Assembly (NCBI GenBank): GCA_964616915.1
Contig: CAZTSL010000002.1
Coordinates: 12,090 to 76,089, forward strand
DNA from: an uncultured bacterium
GTDB taxonomy: Bacteria > Myxococcota_A > CAZTSL01
Reading direction: 5' to 3'
DNA: 64,000 nt
Under the pieces are notes generated by a model that had not been told where the DNA came from, did no database searches, and worked only from the letters and a program-made list of their open reading frames with translations. Both the position numbers and the translations under genes were made by a program. Of the stretch, positions 8,931 through 18,398 are shown in pieces. Position 1 is the stretch's first letter. Each line of letters starts with the position of its first letter.

Positions 8931-11699
8931 TCAGATCTTCTCGATCCGGGCGGCGAGCTTCTTGTAGTCCGCCTGTCCCGACACCGGATCCCAGGCGCGG
9001 TGGCTCACCGCGTTGACGAGCCAGCGGTTCTTCTTCGGGTCGGCGCTGTCGGCCACCGAGAGGTTCCACGGGCTGAAGAGATAACCGGAGGGCACCTCGG
9101 AACGCGCCGGTTTGACGAGAGAATCGGTGCCGACCGAGACGCGGGCCTCGAAAGAGCCGCGCCGCGTCACCACCCGGACCTTTTCGCCATCCTCGAGACC
9201 GTAGCGCTCCGCGTCGTCCTCGTTGACCTCGACGTACTGCTCCGGCACGAGTTTGAGGGTCGTGGCCCCCCGGATCGTCTTCGAGGTGTGGAAGTGCTCG
9301 TAGACGATCCCGAGCCCGAGCCAGAAGGGATACTTGTTCTCCTTCTTCGCATCCTCGAGGCTCTTCGATTCGTCACGGAAGAAGTCGAGGTCGGGGAGTT
9401 CCGGAACGAGGGCGTTGTCCCGGGCGTGGACGAGGAGCGCGAGATGATCGATGAGGAAGGGCTGCTTCTCCGCCGCGGCCAGGATCTCCTTGTTCGAGGC
9501 CCCCTTGTGGACGAGTTCTCCGACGCTCTCCCCGAAGGTCATCAGCTTCGCACACGTCTCCTTCAGCGTGTCGTAGTTCTGCTCGCAGAGTTTGAAGTGC
9601 GCCTTTCCGTCCGGTTTGGGGAAGTTGCCGTACGGCTTGCCCGGCCAGTTCTCCTGTCCCATGTAGCGGCGCGCGACTCCTCCCTTCTTGGCGAGTTCGT
9701 AGGTCGGTGCGGGCCACTGGATGCCGCGCAGCCGGCGGAGCTGCTCGTAGGGGCTGATCCCATCCTTCTGCTCCACCTCGAGGATCCCGGTCAGGTCGGC
9801 GTCGGAGCCCTTGGAGGCCCGGATGATGTCGCGGAAGACCTCCTCCGGATCGTAGAACTTCTGGCCGTACTTGTTCGTGATCGTCTTCTTGTAGGGGAGG
9901 ATCTTATCGACGTCGAGGCCGAGCTTCCTGCCGATCGACCTGGCCTTGTCGATCGCAAGATCCATGTCGGGGCGGGCCTCCATGAGGACCTTCCCCTTGG
10001 CGTTGCGGCCAACCCCGACGCCGTCGTTGACGTAGAGCCGCCGTTCGCTCTGGATGTAGACACCGCCGCTCCATTCTCCCCATGTGATCGCCGGGAAGAC
10101 GACGTCGGCGTAGAGGAGGTTGGGGGCATGACGGTAGATGTCCTGGGCCACGGTGAAGGTCTTCATCATCGCGGGGCGAACGAGGGTCTGGACGTCGGGG
10201 AGATGGATGTGCGTCGTGTACATCCAGAACATCGCCTTGAGATCCCCTTTGAGGGCCCGTTCCATCATCCCGATCGCCATCGGGTTCTTCTGGCTCGCCG
10301 TGATGTTGAGCCGTCCCGCCGGCAGGCGCCAGCATTTGTTGATCCATCCGCGCCACTTCTCGTCGTTGAGCCCCTTGTTGAAGGGGAGACGGCCGGTCAA
10401 TCCTCCCATGAGGCGTTCGCTCATCGCGTTGGGCTGCCCCGTCTGGGAATGGGTGCCACAGCCGGGCCGCCCGATGTTTCCTGTCAGGAGGTGGAGGTTC
10501 ACGATCGAGATCGTGTTGTGCTGCCCGTGGAGCATCTGGTTGTAACCGATCCCCCAGAAGGTCAGCACGCCCCCCTTGCCCCGTTTTCGCCCCTTGATCG
10601 AGGCCTCGGCCCAGATCTTGGCGATCTTTTCGATCTGCTCGACGCTCACACGCCCCTGATCGATGATCTTGAGCCGCTCCACGACCTGTTGGGGCGAGTA
10701 GCGCGCCTTGATCCCCGCCACGTACTCCCGCCAGCCCGTCGTGTTCTCGTCGAGCCACTTCTCCGGCATCACGGCCTCGGGATACTTCGTGAGGATCACG
10801 TGCGCGATCGCGTTGAGGTAGGAGATGTCCCCGTTGATCGTCTGGAAATGGTACGAGTTGCGGGGGTTGACGTCCTCGAGGCCGGTGACGGTCCCGGTGC
10901 GCCGCGGGTCACTCACCAGCGTGGGAATATCCGTCTTCTTCTTGTGGTCCGCCACCCGCCAGAAGAGCACGGGGTGCGCCTCACGCGCATTGTGCCCCCA
11001 GAAGGTGATGAAGTCCGCCATCTCGATGTCGTCGTAGCTCGTGGGGGGGGTGTCGGAACCGAACGTCGCGAAATACCCCGTCACCGCCGAGGTCATGCAC
11101 ATCCGGGCGTTGGCCTCGATCGAGTTCGACGTGAGAATCCCCTTCATGAGGAGGTTCTCGATCCACTGGGCCTCCATCGTGAGCTGGCCCGAACCGCTCA
11201 GCCCCACGCTGTTGCCCCCGAACTTCTTCACGATCGCGGCGATCTTCTCCGCCACGATCTCTTCCGCCTCCTCGTAGCTCACCCGCCGGAAGACCGAATC
11301 GTCGAAACGCCCCTTGCTCTCGGAGACGTGTCCCGTCAACGGATCGGTCATGTCCTTCCGGACGAGGCAGTACTCGAGGCGATCCTGGTAGACCGGCTCG
11401 TTGGCGTTCAGCCCTTTGATGCACTGGATCCCCTTGTTCGTGGGGTGCGCCTTGTCGGGGACCATCCCTACGATCGTATCCCCCTCGACCTGGATCAGGG
11501 TCCCGCATCCCACCCCGCAATAGGGACACTGCGACTGAAGCTGCCGTCTCTTGGGTGTGGCCTTCCCCTCCGTCTCCGCCGCCATCACGAACTCGCCGGG
11601 GAAGAGCGACGAAACCCCTGCCGCCGCCGTCGTCACGCCGGAGATCTTCAGGAAATCCCGCCGCGATACCGGATGCTTCTCATCCTTCTTGCGTTTCAT
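8931..11699 (-). CDS. Tat-exported molybdopterin oxidoreductase catalytic subunit, NapA-like (periplasmic nitrate reductase-type), about 923 aa
   Basis: Start MKRKKDEKHPVSRRDFLKISGVTTAAAGVSSLF at 11699. N-terminal CPYCGVGCG ... NKGIQCIKG Fe-S motif, the NapA/Nas-type 'CIKG' signature. Length about 920 aa as in epsilonproteobacterial NapA. Followed by napG/napH-like genes. Confidence 0.8.
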   Translation of the reverse strand: MKRKKDEKHPVSRRDFLKISGVTTAAAGVSSLFPGEFVMAAETEGKATPKRRQLQSQCPYCGVGCGTLIQVEGDTIVGMVPDKAHPTNKGIQCIKGLNANEPVYQDRLEYCLVRKDMTDPLTGHVSESKGRFDDSVFRRVSYEEAEEIVAEKIAAIVKKFGGNSVGLSGSGQLTMEAQWIENLLMKGILTSNSIEANARMCMTSAVTGYFATFGSDTPPTSYDDIEMADFITFWGHNAREAHPVLFWRVADHKKKTDIPTLVSDPRRTGTVTGLEDVNPRNSYHFQTINGDISYLNAIAHVILTKYPEAVMPEKWLDENTTGWREYVAGIKARYSPQQVVERLKIIDQGRVSVEQIEKIAKIWAEASIKGRKRGKGGVLTFWGIGYNQMLHGQHNTISIVNLHLLTGNIGRPGCGTHSQTGQPNAMSERLMGGLTGRLPFNKGLNDEKWRGWINKCWRLPAGRLNITASQKNPMAIGMMERALKGDLKAMFWMYTTHIHLPDVQTLVRPAMMKTFTVAQDIYRHAPNLLYADVVFPAITWGEWSGGVYIQSERRLYVNDGVGVGRNAKGKVLMEARPDMDLAIDKARSIGRKLGLDVDKILPYKKTITNKYGQKFYDPEEVFRDIIRASKGSDADLTGILEVEQKDGISPYEQLRRLRGIQWPAPTYELAKKGGVARRYMGQENWPGKPYGNFPKPDGKAHFKLCEQNYDTLKETCAKLMTFGESVGELVHKGASNKEILAAAEKQPFLIDHLALLVHARDNALVPELPDLDFFRDESKSLEDAKKENKYPFWLGLGIVYEHFHTSKTIRGATTLKLVPEQYVEVNEDDAERYGLEDGEKVRVVTRRGSFEARVSVGTDSLVKPARSEVPSGYLFSPWNLSVADSADPKKNRWLVNAVSHRAWDPVSGQADYKKLAARIEKI

Positions 11700-11840
11700 C
11701 CATCTGCCTCCCAACAAAGAAGATCCACGGAAAGCCTGGCTCTTTGGACGCGGCTTGGAAAGCAAAATGAATACCACGCCCACGAGAAAAATCCTCCCTC
11801 TCCCAGAAAAAAGGACTGAATGGTATTTTTTCAGGATCGA

Positions 11841-11885
11841 GATCAGGATGGGGAGGGACCAACGTGAACCATCCCAACCTGATCC
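11841..11885. promoter_or_regulatory. Imperfect 12-13 bp inverted repeat (GATCAGGaTGGGg / cCCCAaCCTGATC) with 20-nt spacer in the AT-richer promoter region of the nap-like operon
   Basis: Read directly at 11841-11853 and 11873-11885. About 140 bp upstream of the NapA-like start, in the 300-bp intergenic region. Confidence 0.3.
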
Positions 11886-12001
11886 TCCCCCGAACCTGTT
11901 TCTTTTCACACAGAATTTTGCGGGATTTCACACAAAAGGAGAGGGGAGGATCGCCTGGTGGCACGATACACCCACACGAAGGGGGGAGGAGGGGACGACG
12001 A

Positions 12002-12949
12002 TCACCTGGCGGCGCTGCACGAGCCCCCGCCCAGAACGCAGAATTTCGCGCAGTGGGGATGATTGAGCTTCACGACGCCGGCGGCTTCCTCGAGGGTGCG
12101 GCCCATCTCGAAGCGTTCGTCGTAGGGGAGAAGGGTGCAGGAGAGGACCACGGGGTGGGGGGTCCCCTTCCGTTTCACGACCATACGGGAGGTCGCGCAC
12201 ATGACCGACCTGGGGTCGATGCCGAGGATCTCCCAGCACTTCGTCGTGATCTCCGGGACCTCGGCTCCTTCGTCCATCTCGGGGAAGAGGACGAGGCGGG
12301 TGGGGTCGCAGGGATCGATCGAGAGCCCGAGGGCGCGAAAGAGCGTCGCGAATCCCGCGCGCAGCTTCTCCTCCGGCTCGTCCCAACAGGTCCGTCCCGC
12401 CACGGAGAGGGAGAAGCCCTTTTCCGCCAGCCATCGGACCCCTTCGATCATCGGCGCCCACGACCGGGGGCCCCGCTCCTTCTCGTGACATTCCGGGGTG
12501 TAGTGGTCGATCGAGACGCGCAGTGTGAGGCGTTTCCCGAAGCGATCCCGGAGTTCGAGCAGGTCTTCCCTCTTCTTCTGCATCGGCCTCATCGCATTCG
12601 TGAGCACGAGGACCTCGAAGCCCCGCTCGAGCGCGCTTCGCAGGATCGCGACGATCTCGGGATTCATGAAGGGTTCGCCGCCGGTGAACCCGATCTGACG
12701 GGTGCCCAGGGCTTTGGCTTCGATCTCGTCGAGGTAGGTGGCGACCTCGTCACAGGTGAGGTAGACGAGTCGGTCGTTCGTGGGGGTCGATTCGATGTAG
12801 CAGTTGCGACAGGCGAGGTTGCACAGGGTTCCCGTATTGAACCAGAGGGTTTCGAGCCGTTCGAGGGGGACGAAGGCGCGGGGTTCCCCCTTGGCCGTGA
12901 TGTCGGGATGCTGGAATTTGCCATGGACGAGGGCTTCTGCTTCTTTCAT
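12002..12949 (-). CDS. Radical SAM protein with Cys-rich C-terminal tail (rSAM/Cys-rich domain family, ArsS-like architecture)
   Basis: CNLACRNCY (CxxxCxxC) near the N-terminus, GGEPF glycine motif, C-terminal HPHCAKFCVLGGGSCSAAR. Confidence 0.7.
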   Translation of the reverse strand: MKEAEALVHGKFQHPDITAKGEPRAFVPLERLETLWFNTGTLCNLACRNCYIESTPTNDRLVYLTCDEVATYLDEIEAKALGTRQIGFTGGEPFMNPEIVAILRSALERGFEVLVLTNAMRPMQKKREDLLELRDRFGKRLTLRVSIDHYTPECHEKERGPRSWAPMIEGVRWLAEKGFSLSVAGRTCWDEPEEKLRAGFATLFRALGLSIDPCDPTRLVLFPEMDEGAEVPEITTKCWEILGIDPRSVMCATSRMVVKRKGTPHPVVLSCTLLPYDERFEMGRTLEEAAGVVKLNHPHCAKFCVLGGGSCSAAR

Positions 12950-12994
12950 TCGGAACTCCTTATCTGTCCGGATGGGTTGGAAGCCGTCGGCTCG

Positions 12995-13828
12995 TCATGA
13001 GATGTCGAGGATCGCCAGGGTGGGTGGTTGTCCCAGGCGAAAGGGGAGGATGCTGTTGCCAAGGCCGGGGGAGACGTAGAGGCGGGAGGTCCCAAGGGGG
13101 TACCACCCCCGCACGAACCCGGCGCTGCCGGGGGGAAGGCGGAGCACGACCCCGAAGGGGGTGATCTGGCCCCCGTGGGTATGCCCCGAGAGGATCAACG
13201 TCGCGGACCCACGCCGCCGGGCGATCTCATGGGCGGTGGCGGGACAGTGGCTCAGCACGATCGTGGGGGTTCCCGGCTTTTCTTCCAGGAGGGCGTAGTC
13301 CGGCCGGCCGCCCAGGAGATCGTCGAGCCCCACGATCCTGATGGACCTCCCTGCGATCTTGCAGGTGCGACGTCCGTTGACGAGGAGTTCCACGCCGGCT
13401 GCTCCATAGGCCTCCGCAAGGCGATCGCGGTCGAGCCCCCCCCAGTACTCCCAGTTCCCGAGGATCGCGAACTTCCCCCCCCTTGCCCGCATCCCCCGGC
13501 AGATCTCCCCGATCAGCGCCTCCCGGTGAGGCGTATCGGCCATGTCGCCGAGGATGCAGAGGAAGTCGCACCCCGCCTCGTTGATCGCATCGATCAGTTC
13601 GGCAGTCTCGAAGGTGTAGTAGGGGGCGTGCAGATCGGTGACGATCCCGATCCGAAGGGGGGTGGGAAGGTTCCAGAGGCTGGCGCGTTCGTACACCACG
13701 CAGAGCCGGTTCGAACGCCAGGCGTAGGCCCCCGCCGGAAAACCGAGCAGCCCCGAGAGCGCAATCGTCCCCTTGAGGAAGCCACGACGGGTGGGGCGAG
13801 TTTTCCCCTTTCCAGCGGGCTCGTTCAT
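12995..13828 (-). CDS. Tat-exported calcineurin-like metallophosphoesterase
   Basis: MNEPAGKGKTRPTRRGFLKGTIALSGLLGFPAGAYA Tat signal. Phosphoesterase motifs GDMAD (GDxxD), GNWEY (GNHE-like) and GHTHGG. Confidence 0.7.
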   Translation of the reverse strand: MNEPAGKGKTRPTRRGFLKGTIALSGLLGFPAGAYAWRSNRLCVVYERASLWNLPTPLRIGIVTDLHAPYYTFETAELIDAINEAGCDFLCILGDMADTPHREALIGEICRGMRARGGKFAILGNWEYWGGLDRDRLAEAYGAAGVELLVNGRRTCKIAGRSIRIVGLDDLLGGRPDYALLEEKPGTPTIVLSHCPATAHEIARRRGSATLILSGHTHGGQITPFGVVLRLPPGSAGFVRGWYPLGTSRLYVSPGLGNSILPFRLGQPPTLAILDIS

Positions 13829-14370
13829 GGAATATTCTTCCCCTCGTCGTAGGTACCGTCGAAATCGGTATCGGTCTCGATCCGGATCGGCTTGATCCGT
13901 CCCGGCCGGTAGATCGACCGCTTGTCCGGTTTGCCGTCGAAGTTCGAATCGCGCTCGAGGAGTTTCCGGATCCCCTTCTCGTCGTAGGTGACCCACACGT
14001 CGGGCTTGCCATCGGCTTCGTTTCCAGGACCGTTGTAGTCGAAGACCGCTTTGCGGATCACGTCGTTGTAGTAATAATACCATTCATCGACGGTACCGTC
14101 GAGGTTGCGATCCGTCTCGAAGCGCGAGCGCAAGCCCTCCTCGTAGTAGGTCCATTCGTCCGCCTTTCCGTCGTGGTTGCGGTCGTTGACCTCCTCGAGG
14201 ATCTCCCCCCGCAGCCAATAGCTCCAGTGATCCGGACGTCCGTCCCCGTTTCGGTCCTCCACTTCGAGCCGCTTCACGAAGAGGAAACGGTAGCCGAGCA
14301 GGAAGAAGATCCCGAGGAGGATCACCAGGATGGCCAGTGAAAAATTCCGTCGTTTCGTCGATACGCCCAA
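13825..14370 (-). CDS. Membrane-anchored protein with six DxDxDG-type (EF-hand-like) calcium-binding repeats
   Basis: N-terminal TM LAILVILLGIFFLLGY, then repeats DRNGDGRPDHW, DRNHDGKADEW, DRNLDGTVDEW, GNEADGKPDVW, DSNFDGKPDKR, DTDFDGTYDEG. Confidence 0.6.
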   Translation of the reverse strand: MGVSTKRRNFSLAILVILLGIFFLLGYRFLFVKRLEVEDRNGDGRPDHWSYWLRGEILEEVNDRNHDGKADEWTYYEEGLRSRFETDRNLDGTVDEWYYYYNDVIRKAVFDYNGPGNEADGKPDVWVTYDEKGIRKLLERDSNFDGKPDKRSIYRPGRIKPIRIETDTDFDGTYDEGKNIP

Positions 14371-14429
14371 CTTCTTCCCTCACGCAAGCATGGATCGTTT
14401 CGGATTTCCGGTTCCTGGTTCCCGCGCCG

Positions 14430-14819
14430 TTACTCGATTCTCTCCCATTTCGAGGTTCCGCTGTCCCCGCTGCTGTCGCTCCAGGTACCCGTCATCTCCC
14501 GGCAGGTGAGGGAGATCTCGCACGTTTCACTCCCTGTGATCGAGGTGCCGACGTACTCGAAGTCGTAGTCGAAGGAGAAACGCTTCTGGGTTCCTTCCCC
14601 GATCCATTCGAGCGCCTGCCCCGCCACGCGGCCATGGACCTCGAAGCGGTCGTTCTCGATGGGGGTCACGGTCACGGCACCGACCCCCTGGCTTCCACTC
14701 TCACTCTCGTAGTGATAGCGCCACGTTCCTTCCACCGAGCAGGAGGTGTCCGGACAGGCGGGTGCCGGCAGGAGGAGGAGGAGAGGAAGGAGGAAGGTGG
14801 CCTGGATCATCTGTTTCAT
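14430..14819 (-). CDS. Small secreted/lipoprotein-like protein of unknown function
   Basis: Signal MKQMIQATFLLPLLLLLPAPACPD. Balanced amino-acid composition, 4-nt overlap with the upstream histidine-kinase gene. Confidence 0.5.
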   Translation of the reverse strand: MKQMIQATFLLPLLLLLPAPACPDTSCSVEGTWRYHYESESGSQGVGAVTVTPIENDRFEVHGRVAGQALEWIGEGTQKRFSFDYDFEYVGTSITGSETCEISLTCREMTGTWSDSSGDSGTSKWERIE

Positions 14820-16600
14820 CGGGGTTTCCTTCCATCTTCGTTGGGGGGAGCAAGGCGTGGGAAGCGGACGATCATCGTCGTTCCCGAAGGGGTGCTCTCC
14901 ACTTCGATCGTTCCTCCATGATCCTGGACGATCCGATGGGAAATTGCAAGTCCGAGTCCTGTCCCCTCCGGTTTCGTCGTGAAGTAGGGGGTGAAGATCT
15001 TCTCCCGCAAGGCCGGTGGAATCCCCGGGCCGCTGTCCCGGATCCGGAGTTCGACGACGTCTGCCTCCTGGAGCGTCTCGATCGAGAGTTCCCCTTCCCC
15101 CTCCATCGCCTCCACGGCATTCTTGAGGAGGTTGTGGAGCACCCGGTGGACGATGAGATCCCGATCGAGCGCCAGGGGGGGGAGCGTCCCGGCGAGCGCG
15201 AGACGCACGACGATCCGCGGGGCGCGCTCCGTCACGAAGGGAAGCGCGTCCCGCACGAGATCGTTCAGGTCGCAGGGTTGCTTCCGCGGCGCGGGGAGGC
15301 GGGCGAAGCGGGAGAACTCATCGATGATCCGCTCGAGGCTCTCCACCTCTTCGAGCACGATGCGTCCCGCCTCTTCGAGGATCTCCGGGAATTCGGGAAG
15401 ATTTCGTTCGTAAGCCTTCTGAAGGTTCTCCATGGAGGTCTGGATCGGAAAGAGGGGATTCTTGATCTCGTGGGCCATCCGGCGGGCGATCTCCTGCCAG
15501 GCGGCGATCCGTTCCGTGTACTGGAGCCGCCGGCGGTAACGTCGGAGGTCCCGGGTCATCTCGTTGAAGGCGGTGACGAGATCCCCGATCTCGTCACGGG
15601 TGGTCCGTTCCACCACGACCTCGAGGTCCCCCCCCGCCACCCGGCGCACCCCCTGAGCGAGCGAAAGGAGGGGTGCGGAGAGGGTGCGCCCCACCAGAAG
15701 CGTGGCCAGGAGGGCGACGACGAGCCCCAGGGAGCCGATGAAGGCGGCCACACTCTCGATGTAGTGGCGGAGATCCTCGCTCTCGCGTTCCGAGATGCCG
15801 AAGAGGAGGGCGCTCCCTCCCCCAGGGGGGAAGGTCGCAAGGGGCATGCGCCGAAGGGCGTAGGGTTCCCCCCCCACCGTGCCCCGAAGGGGGCGACCTC
15901 CCCTCCCCTCCACCAGGCCGATCCGTTCGGCGATCGTCCGCCACGCCTCCGGTGAGGGGGCCACCGTGACCCAGGCACCGGTCGAGCGGGAGAGCGCCCG
16001 GATGCTCTTGCGGTCGATCCGCCGTCCCACGGAGAGGATGAGGTCATGCCCTGCCACCCGGACCCGCTGGGCGACCCGGAAGTCGAGGCGATCCCCTTCC
16101 TCGCCCCCTTCCACGACGAAACGTCCCGCTCCGGCAAACGCCTCCACGAGACCGAGGGTATGCCGGTCGGGGAAGCCGAAGCGTTCCCGGGCAGGGCCGT
16201 AAGCCACGACGATCGTCCCATCCCGCTCGAGCACCTCCAGGCGGTCGAGTCCGTAGGCCTGGGCGGTCTGCTCCATTCGTTCGAAGAAGAGGGCGGGATC
16301 GAGCAGACCTCCCCCAAGCGCCCGCGCGATATCCTCGATGAGGGGGGAACGGTACGCGATCGTCTCGAGGGTTCGTTTCAGTTCCTCCTCCCATTGCCGG
16401 AACGCATCGGAGATCGTCCCTTCCACGGCCAGGAGGCGGCGCTGCGCGATCTCCCGGAAGTGTTGCGTGACGGCCTCGAGGATCGCCGCGATCGCCACGG
16501 TATAGGGGAGGACGACGAGGAGGGAGGTGACGAGGAGGAGTCGCGTCCGGATCCCCCACCTTCTGCCCGCCGACGGACGAGTCATCGCTTCGACCACCAT
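14816..16600 (-). CDS. Sensor histidine kinase (periplasmic sensor domain, HAMP, HisKA, HATPase_c); no cognate response regulator adjacent
   Basis: Two TM segments, HAMP-like region GDLVTAFNEMTRDLRRYRRRL, H-box AHEIKNPL, and N, G1 and G2 boxes (NLLKNAVEAM, DSGPGI, GTGLGLAI). Confidence 0.85.
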   Translation of the reverse strand: MVVEAMTRPSAGRRWGIRTRLLLVTSLLVVLPYTVAIAAILEAVTQHFREIAQRRLLAVEGTISDAFRQWEEELKRTLETIAYRSPLIEDIARALGGGLLDPALFFERMEQTAQAYGLDRLEVLERDGTIVVAYGPARERFGFPDRHTLGLVEAFAGAGRFVVEGGEEGDRLDFRVAQRVRVAGHDLILSVGRRIDRKSIRALSRSTGAWVTVAPSPEAWRTIAERIGLVEGRGGRPLRGTVGGEPYALRRMPLATFPPGGGSALLFGISERESEDLRHYIESVAAFIGSLGLVVALLATLLVGRTLSAPLLSLAQGVRRVAGGDLEVVVERTTRDEIGDLVTAFNEMTRDLRRYRRRLQYTERIAAWQEIARRMAHEIKNPLFPIQTSMENLQKAYERNLPEFPEILEEAGRIVLEEVESLERIIDEFSRFARLPAPRKQPCDLNDLVRDALPFVTERAPRIVVRLALAGTLPPLALDRDLIVHRVLHNLLKNAVEAMEGEGELSIETLQEADVVELRIRDSGPGIPPALREKIFTPYFTTKPEGTGLGLAISHRIVQDHGGTIEVESTPSGTTMIVRFPRLAPPNEDGRKPR

Positions 16601-18085
16601 GCATCGGCCAGAAGCGGGAGACCGCCGGGGGAGAAACGGATCCCTGTAAGCCTCCCTCCCCCCTCGAGCCCTACGACGGGGTGAAAGAGGAAGAGCACGG
16701 GAAGCGCCTCCCCGATCTCTTCCTCGATTCCAAAGAGAGCCTCCCAGCGGGCGGAGGGATCGGAAAGGGTGCTCAGACGGGGGACCCTCTGGCAGGCTTC
16801 CCCTGCTCCACCCGGGAGGAAACGGGCCGCATCCGCACAGAAATCCTCCAGCGCGAGAAAGGGGTCGGGGAAGGCCGCATGCCAGAAGAGGAGCGCCAGA
16901 TCGAACCTCCCCGCAGCCAGGCGCCGTTGGAGCGTCCTTTCTTCCAGGAACTCGATCCGGGCGTGCCAGCCGAGTTTCTCCTCGAGAAAGACCTCGATCC
17001 GCCGGGCAAGCCGTCGGACCGTCTCCCCCCCTTTGGGGACGAGGAAACGGATCTTGGGTCCTTCCGCCCTCGAAGGGGGGAAGGGGGGGGCTTGCGTCCC
17101 TTCGTGGCGGAGTGCGGCGTAGAAGACCGTCCGGTCGGGGAGGATCCCCCTCCCCGGCTCCGTGCCGGGTGCGAGATAGGTGCGAACGAGATCCCCCTTG
17201 TCGATCGCGGCACGCAGCGCGCGCTCCCCCTCTGCGATCGCCGCTTTCCCTCTGTTCCAGAGGAGGAGCGTGGTCGAAGCGGGGGGGAGGAAGCGCTCCT
17301 TTGCCTCGAGTTCCGGAAAGCGAGGCGCGGGATCGCGAAAGTGCAGATCGATCCGGCGCTCAGGCGTCCGATCCACCCGTTCCTCCACCACGACGATCCG
17401 GTCGAGGAAGGGGCGTCCCTCATGGTGCTGGGGGTTGGCGGCCAACACGATCCGTCCCTTCCGCGCCTCGATGAAGCGGAAGGGACCGCTTCCCACGGGG
17501 AGGGAGGACGCAAGCTTCCGGTGACGTGGCATCACCGCCGTGGCCGGGTGCGCCAGCCGCAGGGGAAGATCGGATACCGGCCGGGAGAAGGTGATCTCCA
17601 CGGTGAAGGGATCGGGCGCGACGATCCCCACCCGCGTCCCCTCCCCCCGATGAAACGCCTCTCCCCCCTCCACATCACGCAGAATCCACCAGTAGGGCGA
17701 ATCCACTCGGGGATCGAGGAGCCGACGCAACGAGGCGACCACATCGTGGGCCGTCAGCAACACGCCGTCGTGGAAGTGGAGGTCGGGAAGAAGGCGAAAG
17801 CGGAAGCGCCTTCCTTCCTCTACCTCCCACGATGCCCCGATCAGGAGATTGGGACGGGGCACGCCCCCCTCGTCGATGCGAAAGAGCGTCTCGTAGAGGT
17901 GCAGGTCGAGGAAGCGCGCAGCCGCCCCCTCGGCCAGAGGGGGGGGGACGACCTCGAGGGGCGGGGGAAGGGCGATCACGACCTCCCCTCCGTAGCGGGG
18001 CGCCGCCGCTCCAACGAAGAGAAGAAGGAGCAGGAGCAGGAGCAGGAAGAAAGGTCCCCCGACACTCGGGAAACGATGATTCACC
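16582..18085 (-). CDS. ABC-transporter solute-binding protein, family 5 (peptide/nickel/opine type), orphan (no permease or ATPase nearby)
   Basis: Signal FFLLLLLLLLLFVGAAAP after a probable GTG start near 18085; the annotated 692 aa ORF has an implausible N-extension. Size and composition fit SBP_bac_5. Start codon position approximate. Confidence 0.55.
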
Positions 18086-18398
18086 CCCTTCCCCCCGATC
18101 CGGACACCATCCGCTCCGGAGAGAGACGCAGGCGTTCCTTCAGTTCCTCGATATAGGCCCAGAGGACCTCGGGCTTCGCCTTGAAGAACCCATGCTGCCC
18201 CTCCCGGCGCACATCGAGCAATCCCGCGTCGGTCAGGATCTTGAGATGGTGGGAGACCGTCGATTGCCCGATCGGAAAACGCTCCGCCACCGCGCCGCAA
18301 GACATCTCCTCCGTTCCCGCGATGACCTCGAAGATCTCGAAGCGCCGGGGGTCGGCAAGCGCCTTTGCGATCCGGATGAATTGCTTGTCGTCCATCAC
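18081..18398 (-). CDS. ArsR/SmtB-family metalloregulatory transcription factor
   Basis: Winged HTH with DPRRFEIFEVIAG...MSCGAVAERFPIGQSTVSHHLKILTDAGLL, 105 aa. Confidence 0.8.
   Translation of the reverse strand: MMDDKQFIRIAKALADPRRFEIFEVIAGTEEMSCGAVAERFPIGQSTVSHHLKILTDAGLLDVRREGQHGFFKAKPEVLWAYIEELKERLRLSPERMVSGSGGRG

Noticed and set aside
8364-11819. 1151 aa + strand ORF
   Set aside because: Antisense of the well-supported NapA-like gene, with an R/G/E/L/V/D/P-dominated translation and no motifs.
16681-18156. 491 aa + ORF opposite the SBP gene
   Set aside because: Antisense. Highly charged E/R/G-rich sequence without motifs.
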